This document shows positions 28,775 through 38,502 of a stretch of 64,000 nt of DNA, piece by piece. How positions within the stretch are numbered: position 1 is the stretch's first letter; each line of letters opens with the position of its first letter. A model generated the notes under the pieces. That model saw nothing but the letters and a program-made list of their open reading frames with translations, had not been told where the DNA came from and made no database searches. This DNA comes from Phycisphaeraceae bacterium (GTDB lineage Bacteria > Planctomycetota > Phycisphaerae > Phycisphaerales > Phycisphaeraceae): contig OY771506.1 of NCBI GenBank assembly GCA_963674705.1, forward strand, positions 4,128,001-4,192,000, given 5' to 3'. The position numbers and the translations under genes were made by a program.

Positions 28775-28803
28775 TTGGCCGATGGATCGGGGAGCGTTAT
28801 ACT
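28775..28803 (+). promoter_or_regulatory. sigma70-type promoter for fbaA
   Basis: TTGGCC-17 bp-TATACT. Confidence 0.55.
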
Positions 28804-28903
28804 ATTGGCCCGCTCGGGGTTCGTCCTCGGGCCGCGCCGGCCGCGCGGGTCGGCAATCCATAGTTCCCCAAACCAACACGAACCGTTTAGAAAGAGGCGA
28901 TCC

Positions 28904-29938
28904 ATGCCGGTACCTGATTACAAGACCTACTGCAAGATGCTGGACAATGCTTACGAAAAGAAGTTCGCATTTCCTGCTATTAACGTGACCAGCGAAGTCA
29001 CCGCGAACGCGGCGCTGAAGGCTTTTGCCGAGTGCAAGTCCGACGGCATGATCCAGGTGTCGACCGGCGGCGGCGCGTTTGCGTCCGGCCAGGGCCTCAA
29101 GGACATGGTCCTCGGTTCGATCAGCATCGCCGAGCACATCCACCGTGCCGCTGAGAAGTACAACGTGTATGTCGCACTGCACACCGACCACTGCCAGCCG
29201 GACAAGGTCGACAGCTACCTGATCCCGCTGATCGAAGAATCCGAAAAGCGCGTCAAGGAAGGCAAACTGCCGCTGTTCTCCAGCCACATGATGGACGGCT
29301 CGGCCTCCCCGCTGAAGGACAACATGGACGTGGCGGTCCCGCTGCTCGAGCGGATGAGCAAGATCGGCCAGATCCTTGAAGTCGAAGCCGGCGTCGTCGG
29401 TGGTGAAGAAGATGGTGCCGCGGGCAGCGAAGACACCCCGGACGAGAAGCTGTACACCACGCCCGCTGACATGGTGGAAGTGTATCGTCGGCTCAGTGCG
29501 GTTAAGGACGGCAAGTACATGTTTGCCGCGACCTTCGGCAACGTCCACGGCGCGTACAAGCCCGGCGTTGTGAAGCTGAAGCCTGAAATCCTCAAGCAAG
29601 GCCAGGACGCGATCAAGAAGGAATTCGGCCCCGATGCCAAGTTCTGGCTCGTCTTCCACGGCGGCTCGGGCTCGGAAAAGAGCAAGATCGAAGAAACCCT
29701 CGGCTACGGCGTGGTCAAGATGAACGTCGACACCGATACGCAGTACGCCTTCACCCGTGGTGTCATCGACTACATGATGAAGAACTACGACGGCTGCCTG
29801 AAGATCGACGGCGAAGTCGGCAATAAGAAGGTCTACGACCCGCGTGCGTGGATGAAAGTCGGCGAACAGGCTATGTGCGAGCGCGTCAAGGAAGCCTGCG
29901 AAGACCTGCACAGCGTCGGCAAGAGCCTGCTGGCCTGA
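28904..29938 (+). CDS. fbaA: class II fructose-bisphosphate aldolase
   Basis: FPAINV, LHTDHC, SSHMMDGS, GGEEDG, FGNVHG.YKPG, VFHGGSG, NKKVYDPR; start at 28904 after AGAGG. Confidence 0.96.
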   Translation: MPVPDYKTYCKMLDNAYEKKFAFPAINVTSEVTANAALKAFAECKSDGMIQVSTGGGAFASGQGLKDMVLGSISIAEHIHRAAEKYNVYVALHTDHCQPDKVDSYLIPLIEESEKRVKEGKLPLFSSHMMDGSASPLKDNMDVAVPLLERMSKIGQILEVEAGVVGGEEDGAAGSEDTPDEKLYTTPADMVEVYRRLSAVKDGKYMFAATFGNVHGAYKPGVVKLKPEILKQGQDAIKKEFGPDAKFWLVFHGGSGSEKSKIEETLGYGVVKMNVDTDTQYAFTRGVIDYMMKNYDGCLKIDGEVGNKKVYDPRAWMKVGEQAMCERVKEACEDLHSVGKSLLA

Positions 29939-29967
29939 GTCAGTTAACCGAAAATCAAAGACTTACG

Positions 29968-29996
29968 AGCCCCGGACCCTGTGTCCGGGGTTTTTC
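29968..29996 (+). terminator. intrinsic terminator after fbaA
   Basis: CCCGGAC-CCTGT-GTCCGGG followed by T-run. Confidence 0.7.
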
Positions 29997-30037
29997 ATTG
30001 GGGGGTGGTTGGAATGTCGATTATAAAATGCAGGCTG

Positions 30038-30061
30038 AACCCCACGCTTCCGCGTGGGGCT
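30038..30061. repeat. REP-like palindrome AACCCCACGCTTCCGCGTGGGGCT
   Basis: short GC-rich hairpin in intergenic DNA. Confidence 0.55.
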
Positions 30062-30114
30062 ATTGCTTAGCCTGATATTTGTAACGATTATGTGATGGCA
30101 AAGGAGTGCGTGTT

Positions 30115-30528
30115 ATGTATCAGGCCATTCAAGCTGCGATCGTCGTGGTGATTCTTCTGCTGCTGGCGGGTTGTGGCGGTGATCGTGAACACCCGATCGC
30201 GAAGAGCGAATCCGACCAGCTTATGGAATCGTATCTGGCAAACGTCGAAAAGATCGGGACCGTGTTGTCGCGCGTAAATAGCGAATCCGAAGCAGAATCG
30301 GTGAATGCAGAGGTGCTTCTGATCGTGGAAGACATGCGCAAGCTTGTGCCGAAGATGCAGGCGATCGACGAAAAGCAGCAGGCTGACACGATGAGTAAAT
30401 ACCGCGTGAAGATCAACAAGGTCAACGAGCAATTCACGAAGGACGTGACGCAGTTTGTGGAGGTGCCGGGGGCGAGCGAGGAGTTGATCGAGCAGTTGAA
30501 GAGTTTGCCGAAGTTCGAGCAGGAGTAA
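30115..30528 (+). CDS. small helical lipoprotein
   Basis: lipobox LLAGC; AAGGAG RBS. Confidence 0.8.
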   Translation: MYQAIQAAIVVVILLLLAGCGGDREHPIAKSESDQLMESYLANVEKIGTVLSRVNSESEAESVNAEVLLIVEDMRKLVPKMQAIDEKQQADTMSKYRVKINKVNEQFTKDVTQFVEVPGASEELIEQLKSLPKFEQE

Positions 30529-30554
30529 GTAGAATAGGAGAGCAGCAGAGGGGG

Positions 30555-30998
30555 TTAGAAGCCGGCTTGTTTGGCGGCGCTTTCGAGGGCGTCCACAAAG
30601 CTTTCTGTCATGGGCATCGCATCGGGATGTTCATGGACTTGCTGGCGAGTGAGCCAAAGTACATCGGCGACTTCGTATGGATCGGGCACGAGTGGTGCGT
30701 CGACTTGCTCGGCCATGAAACCCCAGAGGATCAGCGGGCGGTCGTCGAAGGTGTGGTCCCAGACGGGGCCGGTGAGTGAGACATCGATACCGAGTTCTTC
30801 CTTCATTTCGCGAGCGGCGGCGAGGGTTTTATCTTCACCGGGCTCGACAGCCCCGCCGGGGAAACAGACCTGACCGGGCGCGGCGACCTTTTCGCTGCGA
30901 CGGATGAGCAGCCATTCGGTTTGGCCGTCCTGAGTTGTACGCGGGCATCCGACGATGACGCCGTGTACCAAACCATCGGACTGCCTGGGCCTGTTCAT
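30555..30998 (-). CDS. NUDIX hydrolase
   Basis: GGAVEPGE....AAAREMKEELG Nudix box. Confidence 0.9.
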   Translation of the reverse strand: MNRPRQSDGLVHGVIVGCPRTTQDGQTEWLLIRRSEKVAAPGQVCFPGGAVEPGEDKTLAAAREMKEELGIDVSLTGPVWDHTFDDRPLILWGFMAEQVDAPLVPDPYEVADVLWLTRQQVHEHPDAMPMTESFVDALESAAKQAGF

Positions 30999-31086
30999 AG
31001 GAGGATTGTAGCGGATGGATTGGGTGTTTGGGTGGGGTGAGAGGGCCGCAGGCTGCCACATCGACGAGGTGGATGAGATCTAATAC

Positions 31087-32079
31087 CTACTTTTTCGAAA
31101 CGCAAAGCGCTTCGGCTACAGCGAGCGTGTTTTGCATGCCGGTTTGCCCCTGATCATTTAACCAGTTTCGCTCGAGTCGGCGGTAGAGTATGGCTTGCTG
31201 GTGGCGCAGCTCCTCGACAAGGTCTCGCAAACCCATGCAACGCTCTTCGTAGCCGCTGTTGATATTACCTGCGAGTTCACCGGCCTCTTTCAGATCATTC
31301 GACCAGGCATTCGCTTGATGGCCGATGCAGCGGAGCAGTTCTGTTTCGAGGACTTGTCTATCGCGTAATTCCCCCAACAAGTCCTGCAACCGCCTGACTT
31401 CGCTGACCGCATCGGTTGCCCGTTCATCGGATTTGCGCATGGGTTCAAGGATATACCGGAGTTGTTTCGCGGCCAGGCGGGCGCGGTGGGCGGCGTCATG
31501 CGCTTCGAGGTTGTCAATCCTGGCCAGGCAGTCGGCTAGCATGGCCGATACCTGCTGGATCTTCTTCCCCGCCAGCCTGTCAAAAGCAATTTGTGCCTGC
31601 TTGGCTTTATTGTCTTTGCTTTGGGGTCGGCGTCCAGCCAACTGTGTACTGAGTTTTTTTGTGGTCTTACGCAGTTGCTTAGTGAGATACCTGGTGTTCA
31701 GCGAGGATGGGCCGTTAGAGCTTGTAGCAAGATGTTTGGTCATCCAACGGGCGGCGTCACGTGAACGTGGCTTGAGACGTCGGCAGGTCAAGGCCCGATC
31801 GAGCCAGATGAGTTGAACTTGCAGATCGCGGCTTGTATTGGTGATATCGATGAGTTTACCGAGCCGGACGATCGGTTTTTTCAGTTGCTTGCCGCCCAAT
31901 GACTTGCGATATGTTTTCAGGAAAGCTCGAAGTCTTCGAACACGTATCCGAAAACGGTGCAACGACTCATCATCATCGTGTGTTTTAATTTGCACGGCCG
32001 CACGACGTGCAGACTTGATGAGTTTGCGTGCATACCGGGTTGCCCCGAGCGAGCCTAAGCTCTTGCTGGCTGATGCCAT
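31087..32079 (-). CDS. CHAD domain protein
   Basis: LHRFRIRVRRLR..SRDLQV and AHRARLAAKQLRY..QDLLGELRD. Confidence 0.88.
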   Translation of the reverse strand: MASASKSLGSLGATRYARKLIKSARRAAVQIKTHDDDESLHRFRIRVRRLRAFLKTYRKSLGGKQLKKPIVRLGKLIDITNTSRDLQVQLIWLDRALTCRRLKPRSRDAARWMTKHLATSSNGPSSLNTRYLTKQLRKTTKKLSTQLAGRRPQSKDNKAKQAQIAFDRLAGKKIQQVSAMLADCLARIDNLEAHDAAHRARLAAKQLRYILEPMRKSDERATDAVSEVRRLQDLLGELRDRQVLETELLRCIGHQANAWSNDLKEAGELAGNINSGYEERCMGLRDLVEELRHQQAILYRRLERNWLNDQGQTGMQNTLAVAEALCVSKK

Positions 32080-32254
32080 GATTCACCCCTCAATAATGCC
32101 ACATTCATAGTATCACAGGACCAGAGCCTGGGCTCAAATATTGTGTTAAAACTGCGATAATCCGGTTGGTCATACAAAAAGAAGGGATAAAATAAAGTAA
32201 CGGACTGGTTAGTTTAGTCGTTTTACCTGATCTTGAGAGGTCGGGGAGGCCAAG

Positions 32255-32590
32255 ATGTTGTACCGTAAGAAGTTCAAACGCGGCGATCCGGTGGTTTTTG
32301 CCAAAGACAAGTGCAGTACCTGCCCGGGGCCCCGAGCACATGGCGTCCATCCTGCCCGACGGGGGGAGGGATATTACTACAAGGTCGACAAGTTCTGGTT
32401 GGCGGAGCAGGACGAAAGTGAAGGGAAAGTGACGCTGATCACCCGCCGGGGAAGGCAGCACGTTGTTGAAGTGAGAGATCCGAGGCTACACCATGCGACG
32501 CTTTGGCAACGGTTATGGTTCAGACACCGATTCCCCCGTCATGATCTACTGACATCGCAACGTAACTCGGAACAGTCGGTTGCGATGTAA
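32255..32590 (+). CDS. hypothetical protein
   Basis: GGAGG RBS; PGPRA..V.PA..GE.Y.Y.VDKFW pattern. Confidence 0.7.
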   Translation: MLYRKKFKRGDPVVFAKDKCSTCPGPRAHGVHPARRGEGYYYKVDKFWLAEQDESEGKVTLITRRGRQHVVEVRDPRLHHATLWQRLWFRHRFPRHDLLTSQRNSEQSVAM

Positions 32591-32789
32591 CGCTAGCGGA
32601 AGCCCCACACACTCTGCGCGTACGTCATTATCACGCACGCCAGACCGTCTTCAAGTTCATGGCTGTCGATCCGTACTGCCGTATCTTCTCTAAAAAGAGG
32701 AAGCACTGCGTCATTCCCGGTTCACTGCGGCTGAGTCGAAGCAATGTCCAACCGGTTGAGCAGTTCGGGAATGCGCTGCCTTAATATCT

Positions 32790-33533
32790 GAAAGTTCATA
32801 CGGGTATTCCTTATACATCGCGGGAGAAACTCAATTCCGCTACGTGTACAACAACCAGGATGACAGTAGCGGTGATGAAGATGAAGGCGGATTCCAGACC
32901 CGCAGGCTTGAAGTAGAGGTGTGGGGACAAGTCGCGGACCCGAGAATCACCTACCTGTTGAAACTCATCCACTCAAGAAGCACGGGCAACACGTCCATGG
33001 AAGGGTGGGAACTGGGCTATGATGGTGAAAGCCAGAGCGTGATCCTCGGCGGCGCATATTACTTCGAACTCGGCGACGGAAACAACAGCGCGATCGATGC
33101 GGACCGAGCAGGCAGCGACTATCACTCGTGGACTGTTGACCTGTCGTATGAAAACCAGGGGATCAACCTCTACGGCGCCTATATTGGAGCGAACATCGAT
33201 CCCGATGAAACTACGGCTGCACAGCGAGATATGACAGGCCTGGTGATCCAGAGTGGTGTGGATGTTGTGCCGGATAAACTCGAGTTGTTTGCTCGCTGGG
33301 AATATATCGACGGGGATGTTGCGGGTGAGGATGAGTTCGACGCGTGGGCCACGGGTTTTAACTATTACATCAGCGGCCATCGTGTTAAGTTCAGCGCTGA
33401 TGTGGTTTACCTGAACAAAGATCTGCCCACCGCGAATCCATTCGGCGAGAATCCGGCAAGCCGTGGATTGGGCTTAATCAGCGGCACAGAAGACGAGATG
33501 GCGGTGCGGACACAGATGCAGTTGCTGTTTTGA
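32790..33533 (+). pseudogene. truncated outer-membrane porin (planctomycete/OprP-like)
   Basis: in-frame YSLYIAGETQFRYVYN...GFQTRR; C-terminal RTQMQLLF; in-frame TGA at 32757 and no signal peptide. Confidence 0.6.
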
Positions 33534-33557
33534 TTGTCTGCTTGGATAGAAATGTAT

Positions 33558-33590
33558 CAAAGCCCCCGGGCGTGAGGCTCGGGGGCTTTT
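33558..33590. terminator. bidirectional terminator
   Basis: AAAGCCCCCGGGC-GTGAG-GCTCGGGGGCTTTT between convergent genes. Confidence 0.8.
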
Positions 33591-33617
33591 GCGATGTTTC
33601 GTCGATGTGTCTATTCG

Positions 33618-34796
33618 TTAATGCCTTGCTTGAAGACTTAAGACGGCGCAACCCAATCCCATTAGTACTAAGGCAGCCGGTTCAGGCACCATGGCAGGTG
33701 TTGGTGGTGTTCCCTCGCCCCAATGCTTGAGCACCATGTCCAGGTCATCCAGCCCCACGTAGCCGTCCGAGACTCCGAGTGTGACACTGGAAGCATCTGC
33801 GCGCGTGTCACATAACGGCACAGCCAGGTTCCAGTTGTTCAAGACGATGTTCAGATCTTCGAGGCAAACGAAGCCGTCGCCGTCCAAGTCGCCAAGCAAC
33901 GGGGGAGTAACGCCTACGAAGAGGTTGTCAACGATGACAGTCGAGCGATCATATGATGGCCACCATTCCAACGTGGCGATCGGGGTCGTCGCATGCAGTT
34001 CGATCGGGCCGACCAACTCGCGCACTGCCGGGACGGTGTCCGATGTCACCGAAGCGATGACCTGGCCGGCAGCGTCTTTGGCAACCATTGTCACCGTGAT
34101 TCCCTCTGCGCCGGATACTTCCGCGGCAACGTCATACACAGGCATGTCGAACTGCGCGAGGATATTAAAACCCGGCGGGTAGCTGGTGCTGTAAACAACT
34201 GCAAACTGGTTGCCCTCATCGTAATCTACGCCGATCGAGTAAACGCTACTGTTCTTATAGGTGCCGAAGTGCACGCCCCATGCGGCGTATGCATTTTGGA
34301 TACTGTTGCCGGGTGAAAGCGTCCTGCCATCGGGCAGATTCGTGAAGTCGATCGTGAAGTCCGTCGTCGGCAGGACCGGTGTGACCACATCGAATGTAAA
34401 AGGATCGCTGCTTCCGACCCCTAGCACATTGCCGACCACCGAGTGAGTTCCCAGTGTCAGGTCATACTCCGACCAGCGGTGGCTAAAGCTCCATGTGTAT
34501 GATCCATGCGCCGGGATATCCCGATAAGTGAATACCTGGATATAGCCGCCGCGGCTGTCATACACATCATCCATCTCATACCAGGCCTGTAGGGCGCTGG
34601 GGAAACTGAGGTACACATCTTGATCGTTTGGGTTGTAGGCGGTGACGTCGACGATCAAACGTTCGCCGGCGATATAAGCTGATTTGTCGGTTGAGACACT
34701 GAGTTCTAACGGTAAAGCATTCACACATTGAACAACAAACAGACCTGAGGTCACGAAAAGCCAGGTCAACAAGACGTGTTTGTATCTGCTTCTCAT
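33618..34796 (-). CDS. PEP-CTERM protein with Ig-like N-domain and dockerin-like pair
   Basis: signal peptide; VSTDKSAY..GE Ig-like start; GDLDGDGFVCLEDL..DGYVGLDDLD; VPEPAALVLMGLG. Confidence 0.85.
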   Translation of the reverse strand: MRSRYKHVLLTWLFVTSGLFVVQCVNALPLELSVSTDKSAYIAGERLIVDVTAYNPNDQDVYLSFPSALQAWYEMDDVYDSRGGYIQVFTYRDIPAHGSYTWSFSHRWSEYDLTLGTHSVVGNVLGVGSSDPFTFDVVTPVLPTTDFTIDFTNLPDGRTLSPGNSIQNAYAAWGVHFGTYKNSSVYSIGVDYDEGNQFAVVYSTSYPPGFNILAQFDMPVYDVAAEVSGAEGITVTMVAKDAAGQVIASVTSDTVPAVRELVGPIELHATTPIATLEWWPSYDRSTVIVDNLFVGVTPPLLGDLDGDGFVCLEDLNIVLNNWNLAVPLCDTRADASSVTLGVSDGYVGLDDLDMVLKHWGEGTPPTPAMVPEPAALVLMGLGCAVLSLQARH

Positions 34797-35110
34797 TGCT
34801 GATCCTCTGAAGTGGTTGATTGGGCACTGTCAATTGAACATGAGCCGGGGTGGAACAAGAACAAACGAACAGGCTTAACCGAAGCCGTCGAACGAAGACA
34901 ACGGATCATCATGATTTGTCTAAAAAAGTGTATCCTCAAAAGACATCAATGTCTAGATTGGTTGTATAACGCTTAGCGTTATATACGCTTATGGCAATTA
35001 ACAGACGGTCCGCCGCTTGAACGACCTGTTGATGCAAGACGACGCTGATTATCTGGGTTATTTGAGCCGACAAAAGCTATAATGTAAAAGCATCACGTTC
35101 TTTGACAATT

Positions 35111-35484
35111 GGGGCCGACTGGTATTGACCGGACAGGGAAGGCTTTCGGTGGCACGTCGAGGTGTGCGTTGGTCCTCGTTAAACTGCGCACAAAACTTTA
35201 AATGCCAACGATAACATCGCTGGTCGCATCGGGTTCGCCCCGGCGCGCATGGCTGCCTAATAGTAGCCGAGTCCGTTAGCGGGATGTCTACGACCGCTGC
35301 GGGCTACAATCAGTAGACTCGTCCAAAGGGGACGCCTTAGCCCCGGCGGATTAAACCTCACTCAGGCTGGGGGCTTATCAGGTTGCTCATGATCGGATAA
35401 GTCCCAAGATCAAAACATGAGCTAAGCGTGTAGAGGCCGTCTGCTGACTGTCACGGGACGGGGGTTCGACTCCCCCCGGCTCCA
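35111..35484 (+). ncRNA. ssrA: tmRNA; tag peptide ANDNIAGRIGFAPARMAA* (35204-35260)
   Basis: GGGGCCG 5' end pairs with CGGCTCC-A 3' end; T-arm GGGG-TTCGACT-CCCC; resume codon GCC after AT-rich tract; tag ends in AA; TATAAT at 35078. Confidence 0.95.
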
Positions 35485-35777
35485 TTGGTTTTCGTCATGG
35501 TATGCGCCATTCATTTCATCTGATTCGACTTCTTTCACCGCCAGATACACCCAAGACACATCGTTGGAAAGCAAACGGCGAGATGTTAGTCAGGTCCAGC
35601 GGCGACCTGCTGTGGCACGCGTATTCACCCAATCACTTTGGTGAAGCTGAGTAAATTGGCGGATTTGGGAAGTAGCGAGGATAAATTTTCTCGCTAAACG
35701 GGCTGTGCAATGGTATTATCCGGCAATAATAAGCACTTGTTGTATTTACACATGTTAGTAAAGCCGGAGGAAGGAAT

Positions 35778-36953
35778 ATGTCTAAGTTCAATTCAATCTT
35801 GATCGCTATCGTTGTACTCACGCTTACATGCACAAACGCCTGTTACTCGATTACTCCAAGTTTTCAAGGTTTGGGAGATTTATCTGGTGGTAGATTTTCT
35901 AGCGATGCTGAAGCAGTATCAGCAGACGGCTCGACCGTCGTAGGAATAAGCGAAGCGGGTTCTGGTAAATATGCATTCCGTTGGACGGCAGATTCCGGTA
36001 TGCAGAACCTGGGAGATATCGCTGCTGGTGCCAACTACAGCATCGCTCATGCTGTTACAGCCGATGGCTCAGTGGTTGTTGGTCGAAGTACGGCGGGATT
36101 CCGCGATGAGGCATTCCGGTGGGATATTGGTTACGGTAAAATCAAGCTATTAAAAACGGATATTGAAGTAGCGACATATCCTATTAGTGCAAATGCCATA
36201 TCGTCAGATGGTTCTGTGATAGCCGGTGTAGGCAGAATTGATGATGTGTTAGTTTCATTCCGCTGGACTGCGACCGATATCGTGGATGGAATTCCCGTCG
36301 GTGATATGGTTAGTTTGGGTGGATTGCCTGGCGGTCGTATTGGGATGTATGCAAATGTTGGTGACATGTCGGCGGATGGATCTGTAATTGTTGGTGGTGC
36401 AGAATCGTCGATTGGGAATGAAGCTTACAGATGGACAGTGGATACGGGCATGGTTGGATTGGGTGACTTACCGGGTGGGAATGACAGTAGCTATGCGACT
36501 GGTATTTCATCAGACGGCTCGGTTGTAATCGGGGCAAGTTATTCAGACTTGGGGCGTGAAGCGTTTCGCTGGACAGAGCAGGAAGGGATGGTAAGTCTAG
36601 GTCAATTTCCTGGAGGATCAAAATATACAGAAGCCTACGCTGTGTCAGCAGATGGTTCAGTAATCGTGGGATCAGGCCAAGGGATGGGGGGTACTTATGA
36701 TTATCATGCATTCATATGGACCGAACAGCAAGGCTTGCGTTTGTTAGAAGATGTACTGATCGACGACTACGGCATCGACCTTACCGGTTGGTCTATTCAG
36801 AGCGCCACAGGCATATCTGCTAACGGTATGACCATCGTAGGAAGTGGCATCAATCCTAACGGTGATAGAGAAGCCTTCATAGCCATCATTCCCGAACCCG
36901 GGTCATTGGTGTGTTTAAGTGTCACCCTTACCTTATTGAAAAGGTCGCGATAA
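35778..36953 (+). CDS. HAF-type extracellular repeat protein with PEP-CTERM
   Basis: repeated LGDL.GG..S.A..VSADGSV.VG....EAFRWT units; IPEPGSL..L....LLKRSR. Confidence 0.9.
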   Translation: MSKFNSILIAIVVLTLTCTNACYSITPSFQGLGDLSGGRFSSDAEAVSADGSTVVGISEAGSGKYAFRWTADSGMQNLGDIAAGANYSIAHAVTADGSVVVGRSTAGFRDEAFRWDIGYGKIKLLKTDIEVATYPISANAISSDGSVIAGVGRIDDVLVSFRWTATDIVDGIPVGDMVSLGGLPGGRIGMYANVGDMSADGSVIVGGAESSIGNEAYRWTVDTGMVGLGDLPGGNDSSYATGISSDGSVVIGASYSDLGREAFRWTEQEGMVSLGQFPGGSKYTEAYAVSADGSVIVGSGQGMGGTYDYHAFIWTEQQGLRLLEDVLIDDYGIDLTGWSIQSATGISANGMTIVGSGINPNGDREAFIAIIPEPGSLVCLSVTLTLLKRSR

Positions 36954-37008
36954 ACACACTCATTTATATTGAAGACATCCTTAGGTTTCTCTGAGGGGAT
37001 CAGTCTAA

Positions 37009-38502
37009 CTACTCGTTCGAGATCGATACTGACTTGTCCTCCGGCTCTTCGATAGCATCAACTTGTTCTGGCGTCTGAGTATCCGCGACTTCTTCTGCCA
37101 GTTCGACCCAGCCGCCGCCGAAGGCTTTGTAAATGTTGATCACTGCAGTGTATTGCGTTGCTTCCAAGCGCACTAACTGCAATTGGGCATCAAAGAGGTC
37201 ACGTTCGGAATCGAGCACCTCGATGTAGCCTACGTAGCCGTTGTCGAAGCGTTTGTTTGCCAGTTCGGAATAGACCTTGAGCGATTCGACCTGCCTGCCC
37301 AGCGCATCTACTTCATCTCGAACCATCTGGTAGGTCACCAGCGCATCATCCGCTTCACGAAGCGCGGTGAGTATGGATTGCAGGTACGTATCCAGTGCCT
37401 GTTGCTGCTGTGCTTCGCTTACCTGGACCTGGCCTTTGAGCCTGCCGGCAGTGAAGATCGGTCCGGTCACGGATGCGGCCAACTGATACAAGCCGGCTGA
37501 ACTCTTGGAGAGATTCGACAGATCGTCACTGGCAACGCCCAGCACACCGGTCAGCGAGATCGATGGATAGAACTCGGCGATCGCGGCACCGATACGGGCA
37601 TTGGCAGCGATCAGTTGCTGTTCGTTACGTCGCAGATCAGGCCTGCGTCGCAGCAGGTCTGAGGGTAATCCGGAAGGGATCGCTGGCAGGTCCAGCATTT
37701 CCAAGGCCTTGCCACGTTCGATCGGGCCCGGTGGTCGACCGAGCAAAACACTCAGCGAATTCTCCAACAGAGCGATATCACGGCGGATACCCGGGATCGT
37801 GGCGGCGGTTCGTTCATATTCGGAGCGGACCTGTGCGACCTCGAGCTTTGAGATAATGCCATGCTCCAATTGCTTCTCAAAAAGTTCAAGGTTATCTGCA
37901 CGTGTTTCAAGGACTGTTTCAGCAAACGCCAGTTGTTGATCAAGACTGCGTAAGCCGACATAGCTCTGAGCGACGGCGGTGACCAACGAAAGCACGACGC
38001 CGCGTCTCGCTTCTTCGTTGGCAAGCAGGTCGGCGCGCGCAGCTTCGGTTGAACGTGCGATCCGTCCCCAGAGGTCTAATTCCCAACCGACATTGAGGTT
38101 GGCAGTAAAGAAGTCTGAGGTGCGGTCTGATGCCAGTTTCCCGGTGCCAATTTCACCGGAGATCTTTTCCGAGCCGGCTGATCCGTCGTACCCAACTTGG
38201 GGGAATGCAGCAGAGCGCGTGATACCAAGGCGGGCTGAGAATTCTTCAACGCGTGATGCTGCAATCCTCACGTCGTAGTTATTTCGCAGCGCTTCGTCGA
38301 TCAGCGCATCGAGGACCGGATCATTGAACCGGTTCCACCACATAGAGTCGGCCAGCTCCATGACCTCAGCAGTATCGGTCCGCCATGTTTCTGGCGTCTG
38401 CACTTGCGGCGTTTGATAATCCGGCCCGACCATGCAGCCATGAAGCCCACCGATCGCTACTGTCAACACAAGGGACAATACTGCATTCTGCTTACGCATC
38501 AC
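37009..38502 (-). CDS. RND outer-membrane factor lipoprotein (OprM/NodT family)
   Basis: GC.VGPDY..P lipoprotein start; WELDLWG, LPSDLLRRRPD, YKAFGGGW. Confidence 0.93.
   Translation of the reverse strand: MMRKQNAVLSLVLTVAIGGLHGCMVGPDYQTPQVQTPETWRTDTAEVMELADSMWWNRFNDPVLDALIDEALRNNYDVRIAASRVEEFSARLGITRSAAFPQVGYDGSAGSEKISGEIGTGKLASDRTSDFFTANLNVGWELDLWGRIARSTEAARADLLANEEARRGVVLSLVTAVAQSYVGLRSLDQQLAFAETVLETRADNLELFEKQLEHGIISKLEVAQVRSEYERTAATIPGIRRDIALLENSLSVLLGRPPGPIERGKALEMLDLPAIPSGLPSDLLRRRPDLRRNEQQLIAANARIGAAIAEFYPSISLTGVLGVASDDLSNLSKSSAGLYQLAASVTGPIFTAGRLKGQVQVSEAQQQQALDTYLQSILTALREADDALVTYQMVRDEVDALGRQVESLKVYSELANKRFDNGYVGYIEVLDSERDLFDAQLQLVRLEATQYTAVINIYKAFGGGWVELAEEVADTQTPEQVDAIEEPEDKSVSISNE

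Noticed and set aside
28682..28903. 74-aa N-terminal extension of FbaA
   Set aside because: Reads through the heptamer hairpin and promoter; RBS and homology support ATG 28904.
28802..29911. Long antisense ORFs (here and opposite accC, icd-like, tlpA and RND genes)
   Set aside because: Shadow ORFs expected from high GC3 codon bias; no motifs.
18912..35484. Prophage or integrative element at the tRNAs or tmRNA
   Set aside because: No integrase, phage genes or duplicated 3' ends seen in the window.
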